Assembly: GCA_019456185.1 (NCBI GenBank)
Contig: VRUH01000006.1
Coordinates: forward strand, 26,113-90,112
Direction of reading: 5' to 3'
DNA length: 64,000 bases
Origin: Candidatus Glassbacteria bacterium
Lineage (GTDB): Bacteria; Gemmatimonadota; Glassbacteria; GWA2-58-10
A program made the position numbers and the translations under genes. Every line of letters begins with the position of its first letter. Position 1 is the first letter of the stretch. Below the pieces are notes generated by a model that saw only the letters and a list, made by a program, of their open reading frames with translations, was not told the DNA's origin and did not search any database. Below, piece after piece: positions 39,141 to 49,299 of this stretch.

Positions 39141-41012
39141 TTACTGGTTGCTCTGACTTAGCGATTTCAGCAGGCCCAGCAGGTCGAAAATATCCACCCG
39201 GCCATCCGCATTGAAGTCGTATTCAGGGTCCTGGTTGTTACTGCGCAACTCCGTCAACAGTCTCAGCAGGTCGAATATATTTACCGCACCGTCCCCGTCG
39301 TAATCTCCGTTTGCACGTTCCGGTTCGACAGCCGTGGTGAACCGTATCTGCGCAAGCCGGTTACCGGCGTAGGATACATTCGTGTCCGGCTCGCAGACAT
39401 TCAGGCTGAACCGGCATACTCCGAATGTTTGTTTTACCTTGACCAGCACCCTGTTGACTCCTGCTTCGACCTGGATGCCCACAACATCGTTCGGCAGCCT
39501 GTGCTGACGGACTCCGCCATCGTACTCGTATACCGGTCGGCCGTTGAGCCAGACTTCCATGTTTCCGTCGGAGCCGGCCCACAGAAGCGCATCGCGTTTT
39601 TCCGGCGCTTCGAGATAGCTGAACGCATAGTAAACACAGTCGACTGAGTCCTGGAAAAAGCCGGCCGGATCGATCAGGTCATCGTAAAAGAATACCGCCT
39701 CGCTCCATCCGTCCCTCCCGGGCGCAGGCTCCGCGTCCTCCTCGCCGCCGGGCAGGTCCGCATCGGCCATGTACGCGACAAAATACGGACCGTTCAACAG
39801 CCAGATCCGGTTACTCTGGCCGTAATAGGGATAGGCCTTGTTTTTCACCGCGGCATCCATCTGCTTAGCGGCCTTGACAAACGGGCTTGCCGACTCTTCG
39901 ATCGTATTTCCGCTAATCGCGATCTTATCCTGTTGATTCTGCCCCATGCCGGCCAGGGCGGCCAGGGTGATATGCTCGATGTCGTCCGGGTTGAAATCCA
40001 TCAGCCGCGCGCAGACCGCATCGACGCTGACAATATCGACCCCGGCCACGATCATGTTGCGCCGCCGGGCTGTCCCGGAGGCAAACTTGGTCTTTTCCTT
40101 ACCCACGACAGCATCGACCACTACGAAATCGCAGCCGGCCGTCTGCGCCACATCCACAAAATTTTTCTGCAGGATGGTGGCCGAGTGGCCCAGACCTCTG
40201 CCGTTATTGTTGTACCCCTGGTCCTTGGACCAGCCGTATTCCATGCCCGGCAGCACCCCGACATAGTTTTTGAGACCCACGGTGATGCCTGTGGTATGGA
40301 CTTTCATCACGGGTACATTGATGAAAAAATCGGCGTCCAGCACTGTTTTGGGCAGATAGAAAACCGTCTGGGCGTCGGAGAGTCTCGGCGAGGCCGCCGT
40401 GGTGACCTCCACCTCGTCGTAATTCAGATCCACCCAATTCAGATTCAGGTCCGGGTAAGATGGATCGCCCCGGAGAGATTCGATCATTTCCTGGTAACCC
40501 GACACCACATAACCGTCCGATCCCAGCGACCAGGGGGGGGCATATGGCGTCCCCGGCCGGGCCCAGCCGCCGGCGCCCTCGGCCACGATAATTTCGAACT
40601 CGGGGTTGATCCGGTAGAGCATCAGGACCAGGGCTTTAACGACCCGCCAGTCGGTGATCGCGCCATTGCCCCGGTAGGTTGGCTCCACGATGTTGGGCTT
40701 GATTACGATTTTGCGGTCATCCTGGTCCAGATAAGCCTCCAGGCCGCCGGCAAGAGTCACGGCCTGCTCAACCATCGCGGCCACCTGGTCGTAGCTCAGG
40801 CTTTCAGAAACAGGCGCCGGCTCGCTCAGGGAGTTGTTGTCGCTGCGCACGATTGCAACCGTGCTCGATTTATCCGGATCGTAACGCCATTCCGAATACC
40901 AGCACCAGCGGGTGTGCTGAACCGCCAGCTGAGACCAGACAATATAGTCGACAACGACCAGGGCGAGGATTATCGACAGCAGGATTTTATTTTTGCGGGA
41001 AATCAAAGTCAT
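39141..41012 (-). CDS. DUF362 domain protein with a PA14-like domain and C-terminal dockerin-like repeat
   Basis: VIKPNIV, VAEG, INVPVMKVH, ITVGLKNYVG, VDAVVG and VSVDAV (DUF362); WAGSDGNMEVWLNG; GDYDGDGAVNIFDLL and DFNADGRVDIFDLL. Confidence 0.8.
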   Translation of the reverse strand: MTLISRKNKILLSIILALVVVDYIVWSQLAVQHTRWCWYSEWRYDPDKSSTVAIVRSDNNSLSEPAPVSESLSYDQVAAMVEQAVTLAGGLEAYLDQDDRKIVIKPNIVEPTYRGNGAITDWRVVKALVLMLYRINPEFEIIVAEGAGGWARPGTPYAPPWSLGSDGYVVSGYQEMIESLRGDPSYPDLNLNWVDLNYDEVEVTTAASPRLSDAQTVFYLPKTVLDADFFINVPVMKVHTTGITVGLKNYVGVLPGMEYGWSKDQGYNNNGRGLGHSATILQKNFVDVAQTAGCDFVVVDAVVGKEKTKFASGTARRRNMIVAGVDIVSVDAVCARLMDFNPDDIEHITLAALAGMGQNQQDKIAISGNTIEESASPFVKAAKQMDAAVKNKAYPYYGQSNRIWLLNGPYFVAYMADADLPGGEEDAEPAPGRDGWSEAVFFYDDLIDPAGFFQDSVDCVYYAFSYLEAPEKRDALLWAGSDGNMEVWLNGRPVYEYDGGVRQHRLPNDVVGIQVEAGVNRVLVKVKQTFGVCRFSLNVCEPDTNVSYAGNRLAQIRFTTAVEPERANGDYDGDGAVNIFDLLRLLTELRSNNQDPEYDFNADGRVDIFDLLGLLKSLSQSNQ

Positions 41013-41642
41013 AATCTCTGGCGAAAGGAGAACCCGGCCGTTGAAAAACCAGCTCTGCTGAATTCCAAATCAGAACAGGATGAGAATGGTATTTCAAAGG
41101 TATCGGCTGATATGCTGTCAAACAAGGAAAAACACTCGTCTACCGATGGTTCATCAATGAGCGGAGCCTATCTTTTGTCTCACATGAAATAACGTGTTGC
41201 AAGGCTAAAAGTTGTTAAAGATTTTCAGTTGCCTGTTAATTATTATCTCTTTAACATCACTGTTTTCTCCGCTCCGGCCAACCGGGTATCAATCAAGCGG
41301 ATTGCCTGCGGGGATGATGCCGGCAGTGTCTTCGTTTAAAAAATCCCTCGGAAGAAACCCGCACGCTGTTCAAAGTAAACAGCCGCGCTGCTCTTTTATC
41401 CTTCGATAATCTTACAACCGGTAAACAGATAACTCAAGAGGACAGCTGCGCCTCTCCGCCGTGGGCCTGGTTAGTCAACTCAGTCGCTGTCAACGCTGCG
41501 GACAGGAGCGTTCAGGAAACGATTTGACTGTTGTGCTATTTATGTTAGATCCATACCTTAATAACTACCTCTTCTGGCTTAGTGCTTGATTTCTCCGGGC
41601 CGGAGCCACTGCATGGCCCAATACTTCTAAAGCTTTAACGGG

Positions 41643-43892
41643 GTGATCGGGATGAATCACAAAACAGGCTGTTTTGTCCTCGCGATACTGATGCTTGTCT
41701 TTGGAATGAGCGGAGTTTCCGCCGGCGCGGAATTGTCACTGCGCGCCAGAGGATACAGCGTGCTGCCCTGTCCCCAGCAGGCGGAACTCGGAGAGCGTGA
41801 TATCGAAATCGATGAAAGCTGGGAAGTCGTTTGCCGTGCCGGCAATGACCATATCGCGTTCAAGCGCCTGATGCGGGGGGCCGACCAACTCCACGGGCTG
41901 GCGTTCGAGGGCGGCGGTGGAAAAATCGTTCTGCTTATCTCTCCCGGCGCGGTTGAGGATGGACCGCAGGCAGGCTCGGCAGATCAGGCATACCGAATCG
42001 ATATCGGGCAAGACTCTGTGACAGTTACCGGTAACGCCGGACAAGGACTGCTCTATGGCGTCCAGACATTCCTGCAGTTGTTGAGACCTGCGCGCGGCGG
42101 CGGATGGACCGTTCCGGCGGGCACTGTTACCGACTGGCCCAGGCTGGAGATGCGTTTCGTCCACTGGGATACCAAGCACCATCAGAACAGGATCGAAACC
42201 CTGAAGCGCTACGTTGACTGGGCCGCATATTTCAAGGTCAATGCAATCGGATTCGAGCTGGAGGACAAATATGAGTACCCGACCCATCCCGTTATCGGCG
42301 CTCCCGGGGCCTATCGCAAGGAACAGATGCAGGATTTGACCCGCTACGCCCTGGAGCGTTACATACAGCTTATCCCTCAGATCCAATCACCGGCCCATAT
42401 GGCATACGTTTTAAAACACGACCAGTTTGCCGGTTTCAGGGCCGATGGGAATAATTACCAGATTTGCCTCTGTGACGAAGATGCCGTCCAGTTGATATTC
42501 GATATGTACGCGGATATGATCGAAGCGACACCCGGAGTAGAGTATTTTCACGTGTCCACGGATGAAATCTACTACGCAGGCATTTGCGGCAAGTGCCGAA
42601 AAGCGCGGCCATACAACGATGAAAACCGCAGTTTGACCTGGGTCGAGTTCGTCAACCGTGCGTTTGACTGGCTGGAGCAGCGTGAGCGCAGAATGCTGTG
42701 CTGGGTTGAGTATCCCCTGCTCCAGGACCATATCCGGCTGCTGCCCCGGGGGCTGATAAACGGCGTAACCCACGCCGGCAGGAGCGACAGCTGGAACCGG
42801 GGACTGGAAAAGGCCGGCGTGGAACAGCTCATCTACAGCAGTCAGCAGGGCGGCGAACTGCTGGTGCCCAACTATTTCCCGTCAACGTTCAGCTACCGGG
42901 GCAACCCGATATCCGGCAGATTGAGTGCGGCGGCAAGCTCGGTAAACGATGTGCTCGGCCGTGGTGTCAAAGTGATCGGGACCTACGCCGCCGCCTGGGA
43001 TGACAGCGGCCTTCATGATGAACTCTTCTGGCTGGGCTGGGCGACAGTCACCCAATACGGCTGGTCGCCGCAGGGGCCTTCCGTCGAACAGAATGCAGCC
43101 GATTTCATGGATGTTTTTTACGGCAGCGGCAATCATGATATGATCGAGGCCTACCGTACGCTGATGGAGGGCGCCAGGTTCTATGAAAACGCCCTGGACC
43201 GTGTTCCCGCCAGTCGCCTGAAGCCATCCTACGGAAGTTATGCCCGCAAGGGCCGCGACACGACACGGATCGACCTCACCCTGGAGCCGCCGCAGTTCCC
43301 TTTCAGCTACGACATGACCCTGGTGACCGAAGACAATTTCAGCCGCAAATACGCCAGGCAGCTTGAGATGGCGCCCGAGATGTCTATCAGGCTGGATCAG
43401 CTGATCCATTTCCTCAGCGGCAAGCTGGCCAGTGTCGACCGCAACCGCTACAACGTCGAGGTCATGCTTTCCATCGCGCGGTTCGAAAAGCACTTCTGCA
43501 GGATGCTGCTCGACCTTTACGAAGTGGAAAAACTGCTGCATAGCGCGTCCCTGGCGCTGAAGCAGGAGAGGGAGGAGGAGGTTGTCGGAATCATGGCCCG
43601 GACTCACGCTGTTGTGGCAGGGATACTCGAGGACCGGGCCGTGATGTGGAGCGGCCTCAAAAACACTTGGGAGAAAAGCAGGTACGAGAAAGGCCGCAGT
43701 GCCGGCGGGCGGCAGTTCGTCCACGTGCTCGACGACCTGAAGGACCACCGCGCCGACCGCCGGCCGGGTCTGGACTACATGCTGGAACCCCTGGAAAATA
43801 TCGGTCTCGAACGCTGGAATACTCGCTTTGCGGAGTTCATCCGCAACTTCGCCGCCGGGACCGGCCTGGAACCGCCGGCCTTGGGAGATTGA
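41643..43892 (+). CDS. Secreted GH20-like beta-N-acetylhexosaminidase-family protein
   Basis: GH20b-like N-domain (GLLYGVQTFLQL, TDWPRLEMRFVHWD); HVSTDE catalytic-like motif. Start 41643 or 41652. Confidence 0.78.
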   Translation: MIGMNHKTGCFVLAILMLVFGMSGVSAGAELSLRARGYSVLPCPQQAELGERDIEIDESWEVVCRAGNDHIAFKRLMRGADQLHGLAFEGGGGKIVLLISPGAVEDGPQAGSADQAYRIDIGQDSVTVTGNAGQGLLYGVQTFLQLLRPARGGGWTVPAGTVTDWPRLEMRFVHWDTKHHQNRIETLKRYVDWAAYFKVNAIGFELEDKYEYPTHPVIGAPGAYRKEQMQDLTRYALERYIQLIPQIQSPAHMAYVLKHDQFAGFRADGNNYQICLCDEDAVQLIFDMYADMIEATPGVEYFHVSTDEIYYAGICGKCRKARPYNDENRSLTWVEFVNRAFDWLEQRERRMLCWVEYPLLQDHIRLLPRGLINGVTHAGRSDSWNRGLEKAGVEQLIYSSQQGGELLVPNYFPSTFSYRGNPISGRLSAAASSVNDVLGRGVKVIGTYAAAWDDSGLHDELFWLGWATVTQYGWSPQGPSVEQNAADFMDVFYGSGNHDMIEAYRTLMEGARFYENALDRVPASRLKPSYGSYARKGRDTTRIDLTLEPPQFPFSYDMTLVTEDNFSRKYARQLEMAPEMSIRLDQLIHFLSGKLASVDRNRYNVEVMLSIARFEKHFCRMLLDLYEVEKLLHSASLALKQEREEEVVGIMARTHAVVAGILEDRAVMWSGLKNTWEKSRYEKGRSAGGRQFVHVLDDLKDHRADRRPGLDYMLEPLENIGLERWNTRFAEFIRNFAAGTGLEPPALGD

Positions 43893-43926
43893 CCGCCCGG
43901 CTCCCGCCGGCTGGATCGAAGTGACA

Positions 43927-45423
43927 TCAATTGTTTTCCGTCAATCTGCCGACAAGGTATGGAGCCAGCCAAACTACCAGAGACACCGCCAGCATCCACT
44001 GGATAAAAAGGTTGCCGATCCCGAATTTCGAGAAGAGGTTCCACCAGCTGTCCAGATTCCAGCTCGCCGAATAATAAAGCCACCATACGATCAGGACGGT
44101 AAACTGGACCGGGATCAACCTGAGAACGATAAAGTCGAATCCCCTGCCGAGCCGGATATCGTTATTGTATCCCAGGTTGATCATTTCACTGCGGAATCGG
44201 TTGGCGCCGAATTTTTTCACCGCGATGCAGAAAAACAGGCCGCAAAGCAGCAGGGCCAGACTCCACACCCAGTCCTGATTGTCGAATACATTGCTCCACA
44301 AGGCGCTTGGCGTTCCCGCGATAATCATGACTGTCACCGCGGCCAGGGTGGCCGTTTTTCGCTTGAACCCGATATCGATCATGTTCTTTACCGCCAGTTC
44401 CACCAGTGAAACGAGACTGGTTAAAGCGGCTATCAACAGTGCGAAGAAAAAGAAGATTATCATTGCCTGACCGCCGCCCTGGCCCAGCAGCCTGGGCATC
44501 CAGATGAAGATGAGTCCGGTGCTGGACTCTCCTGTTTTACCTAAAAGTTGTAACGCCTCCTGGGCGGGCATCAGGGCAAAAACGGTGGGAATTATCGCCA
44601 GGGCGGCCAGAATGCTTGTCGCACTGTCGACAACACCGACTATCGCGGAGTTTTCCACAACACGCTCGCCAGGCTGAGAGTACGCCGAATACGTAAGCAG
44701 CAGTCCCCAGCCGGCGCCGGTCGACCAGGCGGACTGGGCCAGGGCCTCGACATAGATTTGGGGATTGAAGAAATCTTCGGGATTGAACTGAAAAAGATAT
44801 TTAACTCCCGACATCGCTCCGGGCAGGAGCAAGGCCTTGAGAGCTGAAAAGACCAGAATTAAACTCAGCACGGGCACAAAAATAACCGCCGACCTCTCTA
44901 TGCCGGCACGCACGCCGCCCAGCACGATAATCCCGACAACAGCCGCCGCGGCCCAATGGAACCATACCGCCTCCCAGCTGCCGGCAAAACCGCTCCAGTA
45001 ATCCATTCCGGTATGAGCGGTCACGGCCCCGCTCAAGGTTCCCAAAAAAAATTTCAGGCACCAGCCGGTTACAACCGAGTAATAGCACATTATTCCGGCG
45101 GCCGCGATTGCCATGAATCCGCCCATCCAGGCTTTGCGCGGTCCGGCTACCCGCAGAAAGGAACCCACGGTGCCATAGCGGGTCGTTCTGCCGATTGCGC
45201 TCTCAACTGTCATCAGCGGGATTGACCAGAGGAACAGGAATGCAAGCCACAAGCAGATAAAGACAGCGCCGCCATTGGCCGCCGCAACTTTGGGGAACCT
45301 CCAGATATTGCCTGTCCCCACGGCCAGGCCGACCGCGGCCAGCAGCAGCCCCAATCTCGATGAGAAATAGTCCATACCCTTTGAGCGGGAAGGTTCTTTT
45401 GCGTCCATCGAGTTATCCGGCAT
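43927..45423 (-). CDS. Sodium-dependent transporter (NSS/SNF family)
   Basis: AVGTGNIWRFP, NGGAVF, YYSVVTGW and QSAWSTGAGWG motifs. Confidence 0.92.
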   Translation of the reverse strand: MPDNSMDAKEPSRSKGMDYFSSRLGLLLAAVGLAVGTGNIWRFPKVAAANGGAVFICLWLAFLFLWSIPLMTVESAIGRTTRYGTVGSFLRVAGPRKAWMGGFMAIAAAGIMCYYSVVTGWCLKFFLGTLSGAVTAHTGMDYWSGFAGSWEAVWFHWAAAAVVGIIVLGGVRAGIERSAVIFVPVLSLILVFSALKALLLPGAMSGVKYLFQFNPEDFFNPQIYVEALAQSAWSTGAGWGLLLTYSAYSQPGERVVENSAIVGVVDSATSILAALAIIPTVFALMPAQEALQLLGKTGESSTGLIFIWMPRLLGQGGGQAMIIFFFFALLIAALTSLVSLVELAVKNMIDIGFKRKTATLAAVTVMIIAGTPSALWSNVFDNQDWVWSLALLLCGLFFCIAVKKFGANRFRSEMINLGYNNDIRLGRGFDFIVLRLIPVQFTVLIVWWLYYSASWNLDSWWNLFSKFGIGNLFIQWMLAVSLVVWLAPYLVGRLTENN

Positions 45424-45470
45424 CTGGAGTCAAAACAGCCTGTCAACTAGTTGGATTGCCCTGTCTCCTC

Positions 45471-46916
45471 TCAGCAATCCAGCTTTTCCCGGGCGCTTAA
45501 AATCTGATCGATATCCTTGCGCGCTTCCCGACTCAGTTCCGGGCTCCGGTGACCCGCGAGAACCTCTTTGACCCTGGTATTCAGGGTGGCGAAAAGGTCT
45601 TTGCTCTCAGAGATTTTCCACATTTCCAGAGGCTCGCGGTTAAACGACGATGGTGTCCAGATTTCATGGCAGTGCCCGATAGTGTGGTCGTCCTGAAGGA
45701 AGTGGCCTCCGGCGCCCACCCTTTGGATCGCCTCCAGGGCCAATGTCCGATCGTCGACTATCAGGCCCTCGGTGGCCTTGCGCAGCATCCCGATCACCTC
45801 GTTACAAAAAAGGATCATCTCCATGGAACTTACCATGCCGCTGGCCAGATACCCCACATCGTGAACCAGATTTTCACCGCTTAACAGGGCCAGCAGAATC
45901 TGGTGAGCCGCCTCGGCTCCCGCCTGGGCATCCAGGGTTTTACTGTCAGCCGCCCCGGCGAGTCCCCAGACAGGCAATTTATAATGGTGAGCGAGATCAC
46001 CGAAGGCGCTGAAGGAAAAGTGAAATTCCGGAGATGCGTAAGTGAAGGCGCCGAGGTGCATATCCATTGCGGTGACATTACCGCCGAAAATGAACGGGGC
46101 GCCGGGGGAACTCAGCTGATGGACAACCAGGCCGGCGAGGCATTCGGCATTGCCCAATGCGATTGCCCCGGCCATGGTGACCGGGGCGGTGCCGCCGGCC
46201 ATGCTGCCTGTAGGATAGGCCACCGGCAGCCTGTGCCGGGCGCAGAAGAGGATCATCTCCAGAGCTTCCCGGGTATGTATTCTCGGCGGAATGGGCTCGG
46301 TATAGAGAATGGCGAAGGGTTTGCTCGAAGCTTCCTCGCCACCGCCCCTTAGCGCGCACATTATTTCGTGGATCGGCTGGATGTCTTTGAGGCCCTGGGC
46401 GGTGTAAACAATCGGCTTGGCAGTCCCGCTCAGCATCGCATCGAATTGGTGTACGAACGAACTGGTACCGGGATAATCTCCGGCGATAGCCATGCTCATC
46501 ACAAAATCGAGATTCGGCATGGCGTCAACGAATCCGGCCATCCGGAAACTGTCTTTTTTGGCCGATTTTCTGAGTTTCCCAGCTTCGGGATCGAATGTTT
46601 GCGGCGTGTCGGAACCCGTGCCGAAATAGACGTTGCGGGCAGTGAGTTCCATTGCGGGCTTTCCGTTCCGGTCATGGATCACAACCTTTTCCGGCGCGGT
46701 TTCGATAGCGTTTGTCACCAGTTCCGCCGGTATCATCACGAGATCATCCTCACCCGCGCTACCACCGTGCTCCAGCAGGAGTTCGCGTACGCCGGGATGC
46801 ATGAACCTCATCCCCTGGCTTTCGAGTATCGTCAGGCTGGCCTCGTGAATTTTCTTCAACTCTTCAGGATTCAACACAGTTAAACGCAGTGAGGGCGAAT
46901 AGCGGGATGGATCCAT
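45471..46916 (-). CDS. Trimethylamine methyltransferase family protein (MttB/MtgB-like, non-pyrrolysine)
   Basis: IHEASLTILE, AGGTAPVTMAG, DMHLG, DSKTLDAQAGAE and GGHFL motifs; no in-frame TAG; start inferred at MDPSRY (46916). Confidence 0.9.
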   Translation of the reverse strand: MDPSRYSPSLRLTVLNPEELKKIHEASLTILESQGMRFMHPGVRELLLEHGGSAGEDDLVMIPAELVTNAIETAPEKVVIHDRNGKPAMELTARNVYFGTGSDTPQTFDPEAGKLRKSAKKDSFRMAGFVDAMPNLDFVMSMAIAGDYPGTSSFVHQFDAMLSGTAKPIVYTAQGLKDIQPIHEIMCALRGGGEEASSKPFAILYTEPIPPRIHTREALEMILFCARHRLPVAYPTGSMAGGTAPVTMAGAIALGNAECLAGLVVHQLSSPGAPFIFGGNVTAMDMHLGAFTYASPEFHFSFSAFGDLAHHYKLPVWGLAGAADSKTLDAQAGAEAAHQILLALLSGENLVHDVGYLASGMVSSMEMILFCNEVIGMLRKATEGLIVDDRTLALEAIQRVGAGGHFLQDDHTIGHCHEIWTPSSFNREPLEMWKISESKDLFATLNTRVKEVLAGHRSPELSREARKDIDQILSAREKLDC

Positions 46917-47150
46917 CGATTGATACCTTCGAGGCAAAGTAAGTGTACCTGCATGAGTCAAAAGTTTGTTGGCTGGTTTATTTCCAAAGACTGTAGCATT
47001 AAATATGCAGGAATTCAAGCACCACGGCCAGGACACCTTTAGCGGGGGGAAAAGGACTTTTTCCGGGTCCAACGATACTTGAGTTCTCTCATGATTAGTG
47101 CTACCGTTTGGGAAAACAGGTTGATGGCACGAGTCGAGGGGGGCTCGCAG

Positions 47151-48308
47151 ATGGATGATGAACGGGCGGCGCGGAAAAATTATCTTTTCCCGGCGGTTTT
47201 TGTCTGTCTTACAGCGTTGAGTGCAGGATGCGCCAGTTCGGGAAAAGAACCGGCGGAGGGCGAGATGTCAGGCGCGAATGAGAATGTGTCCTTTATGACC
47301 GTGGCAGAACTGATGCAGGAACCCAAACTAGACGCGCACGCTCATTTCATGGCCCTGGCAGTGGAAGATGAAGAGAAGTTCATTGCCAAGCTGAATGAAC
47401 ACAACATGCAGTGGCTCTCGCTCTGCACCGTGGGTACAAACTGGTTCGATCTTCGCCAACAGATCGGACTGGCTGAAAGATTACATTCACGTTATGCAAA
47501 CCGCGTTGAGTGGGCCGTTTCTTTCAATCTCGAGAACTGGAACTCACCGGATTGGGAGAAACAGGCAATCAAGACAATCGACGAGGGAATTGAGCACGGA
47601 GCCGTTGCGGTCAAAGTCTGGAAAGAGTTCGGTATGGTGCTTAAAGACCCTGAGGGCGGCTACGTGATGATCGACGACCCGCGGCTGGACCCGGTACTCG
47701 ACTATATCCGCTCCAAGGGGTTGACTCTGACCGCCCATATCGGTGAGCCGTACAATTGCTGGCAACCGCTGGAGTCGATGTCGAACCAGCGGTCTCGGGA
47801 TTATTATGGCGAGAACCCCAGGTATCACGGCTACATTCATCCCGAAATCCCCGGCTATTGGGAACAAATCGCATCCAGGGACAGGATGCTCGAAAAACAT
47901 CCGGACTTGAGGGTGGTTGGCGCTCATCTCGGCAGCCTGGAATGGGATTTGAATGAGTTGTCCTTGAGGTTGGACAGATACCCCAATTTTGCTGTTGATC
48001 TGGCGGAGAGAATTTATAATTTGCAGGAGCATGGGCGGGAAAAGGTTCGCGATTTCATGATAAAATACCAGGACCGCCTTCTTTACGGGACAGACCTTGT
48101 ATCCGGTTGGGGTGAAAACGGTGTGGATGGAGACCTCGGAAAACTCGACAATACCTATCTCTCGGACTATCGCTATTTTGCCTCGGATGAGGAGATCGGT
48201 GTTCCCTGGATCAGCGAATCCTCCAGAGTTCAGGGGCTTAAGCTGCCGGCTGCTGTTCTGAAAAAGGTATTTTACCGCAACGCAAAAACATGGTACCCGG
48301 GTATCTGA
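47151..48308 (+). CDS. Amidohydrolase family protein (lipoprotein-like)
   Basis: DAHAH, VKVWK, AHIGEP, GAHLGS and LYGTD motifs; LSAG-C lipobox; start 47151 has a G-rich RBS. Confidence 0.85.
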   Translation: MDDERAARKNYLFPAVFVCLTALSAGCASSGKEPAEGEMSGANENVSFMTVAELMQEPKLDAHAHFMALAVEDEEKFIAKLNEHNMQWLSLCTVGTNWFDLRQQIGLAERLHSRYANRVEWAVSFNLENWNSPDWEKQAIKTIDEGIEHGAVAVKVWKEFGMVLKDPEGGYVMIDDPRLDPVLDYIRSKGLTLTAHIGEPYNCWQPLESMSNQRSRDYYGENPRYHGYIHPEIPGYWEQIASRDRMLEKHPDLRVVGAHLGSLEWDLNELSLRLDRYPNFAVDLAERIYNLQEHGREKVRDFMIKYQDRLLYGTDLVSGWGENGVDGDLGKLDNTYLSDYRYFASDEEIGVPWISESSRVQGLKLPAAVLKKVFYRNAKTWYPGI

Positions 48309-48423
48309 GGAAACCCGGTGCAATCCGGACAAAAGACTTTTCTTCTTTCATGTGTTTCAGTCTCTGCATACCGCCCCGCCGAAAGAAATCCGGGATTAGC
48401 ACATTAAGGGGATGAACGGTAAT

Positions 48424-48452
48424 AAAAAAGGCCTGCTAGCCATTAGCAGCCC
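48424..48452 (-). terminator. Minus-strand terminator-like hairpin
   Basis: Minus strand GGCTGCTA-atggc-TAGCAGGCC-T6. Confidence 0.5.
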
Positions 48453-49142
48453 CTATCTCTTTATATCGCGGAACTGACGGAACTATTTATAAAAATTCCC
48501 CGCAGGTATGCCGGACGCCCTGATTGAGCAGATTCAGGTTGTGGAGGCTTACTTTCATCAGCTGTTTCCGGACTCGTTTTCGTGGGGGCAGATCAATGCT
48601 TTCCTTTCCCATCAACAAAAAGAATTCCCAGATACTTGCAAATTTCTTTTTGAAACACTATGTTTAATCAGGTGCGGGGGTAGTTGTGGAAGAAGTTTTT
48701 TTGTGCTGTACCCGCACTTGGCCCGGCAAATTCCAGAAAAATGGAATTGCCGGGTCTTTTTTTTCAGTTGATTGACTTCAAGCATGACAAAAGCCATAAT
48801 CAAGTAGATGCAAAATCTTCAACCTGGAGGTTTGCAATGGCTAAGTTCAAAGATTTCCAACACGGTCCGCTTAACATGCGGCACGGAGAAAAAGTATCCC
48901 ACATTCGGCCGGCGAACTGGAACCATGAAATCCTGGATTCCAAATATTGTCCAAAACCCTCGTCTGCCAAAGCTTTTCCCAACACAGAAAATCACCTCCA
49001 CTTCCACAGCGACGAGCAATCTGATAGCCTGGCTCGCATTTTGAGTAAAAAAACTTCTCTGCTTAGCATCCTGGGCTCTTGGCTGAAGGCCTCCTGCTCT
49101 CATTTCTATCGCGAATAAAGAAATTCCTGAAAAATTGACTCT

Positions 49143-49254
49143 CCCCGCGGCAAGCCACGGGGCATTATGCCAATTTCCTGGCACTTTGTGCCAGCGGAAT
49201 TTCTAAATGCAATAAACCAAATGCGGTAAGCCCGGAGCAAGCTCCGAGGAATTC
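49143..49254. repeat. Two CAAG-loop REP-like hairpins
   Basis: CCCCGCGG-CAAG-CCACGGGG-CATT (49143) and CCCGGAG-CAAG-CTCCGAGG-AATT (49231). Confidence 0.55.
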
Positions 49255-49299
49255 TTTTCGATTAAATCTCGGCCACTGCATCAGAAATGGAGTGAGAAA

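Noticed and set aside
45471-46916. Pyrrolysine recoding in the MttB homologue
   Set aside because: No in-frame TAG, and no pyl genes in the window.
48540-48615. Hammerhead-like (CUGAUGA/GAAA) and cobalamin-riboswitch-like (GGGAA…CUGCCCCC) words here and near 58640-58710
   Set aside because: The required stems and core pairings cannot be formed by hand folding.
48508-49184. Track ORFs 48508..48771+, 48684..49118+, 48819..49184- and others in this gap
   Set aside because: They overlap one another, lack an RBS or motifs, and do not have host-like codon bias.
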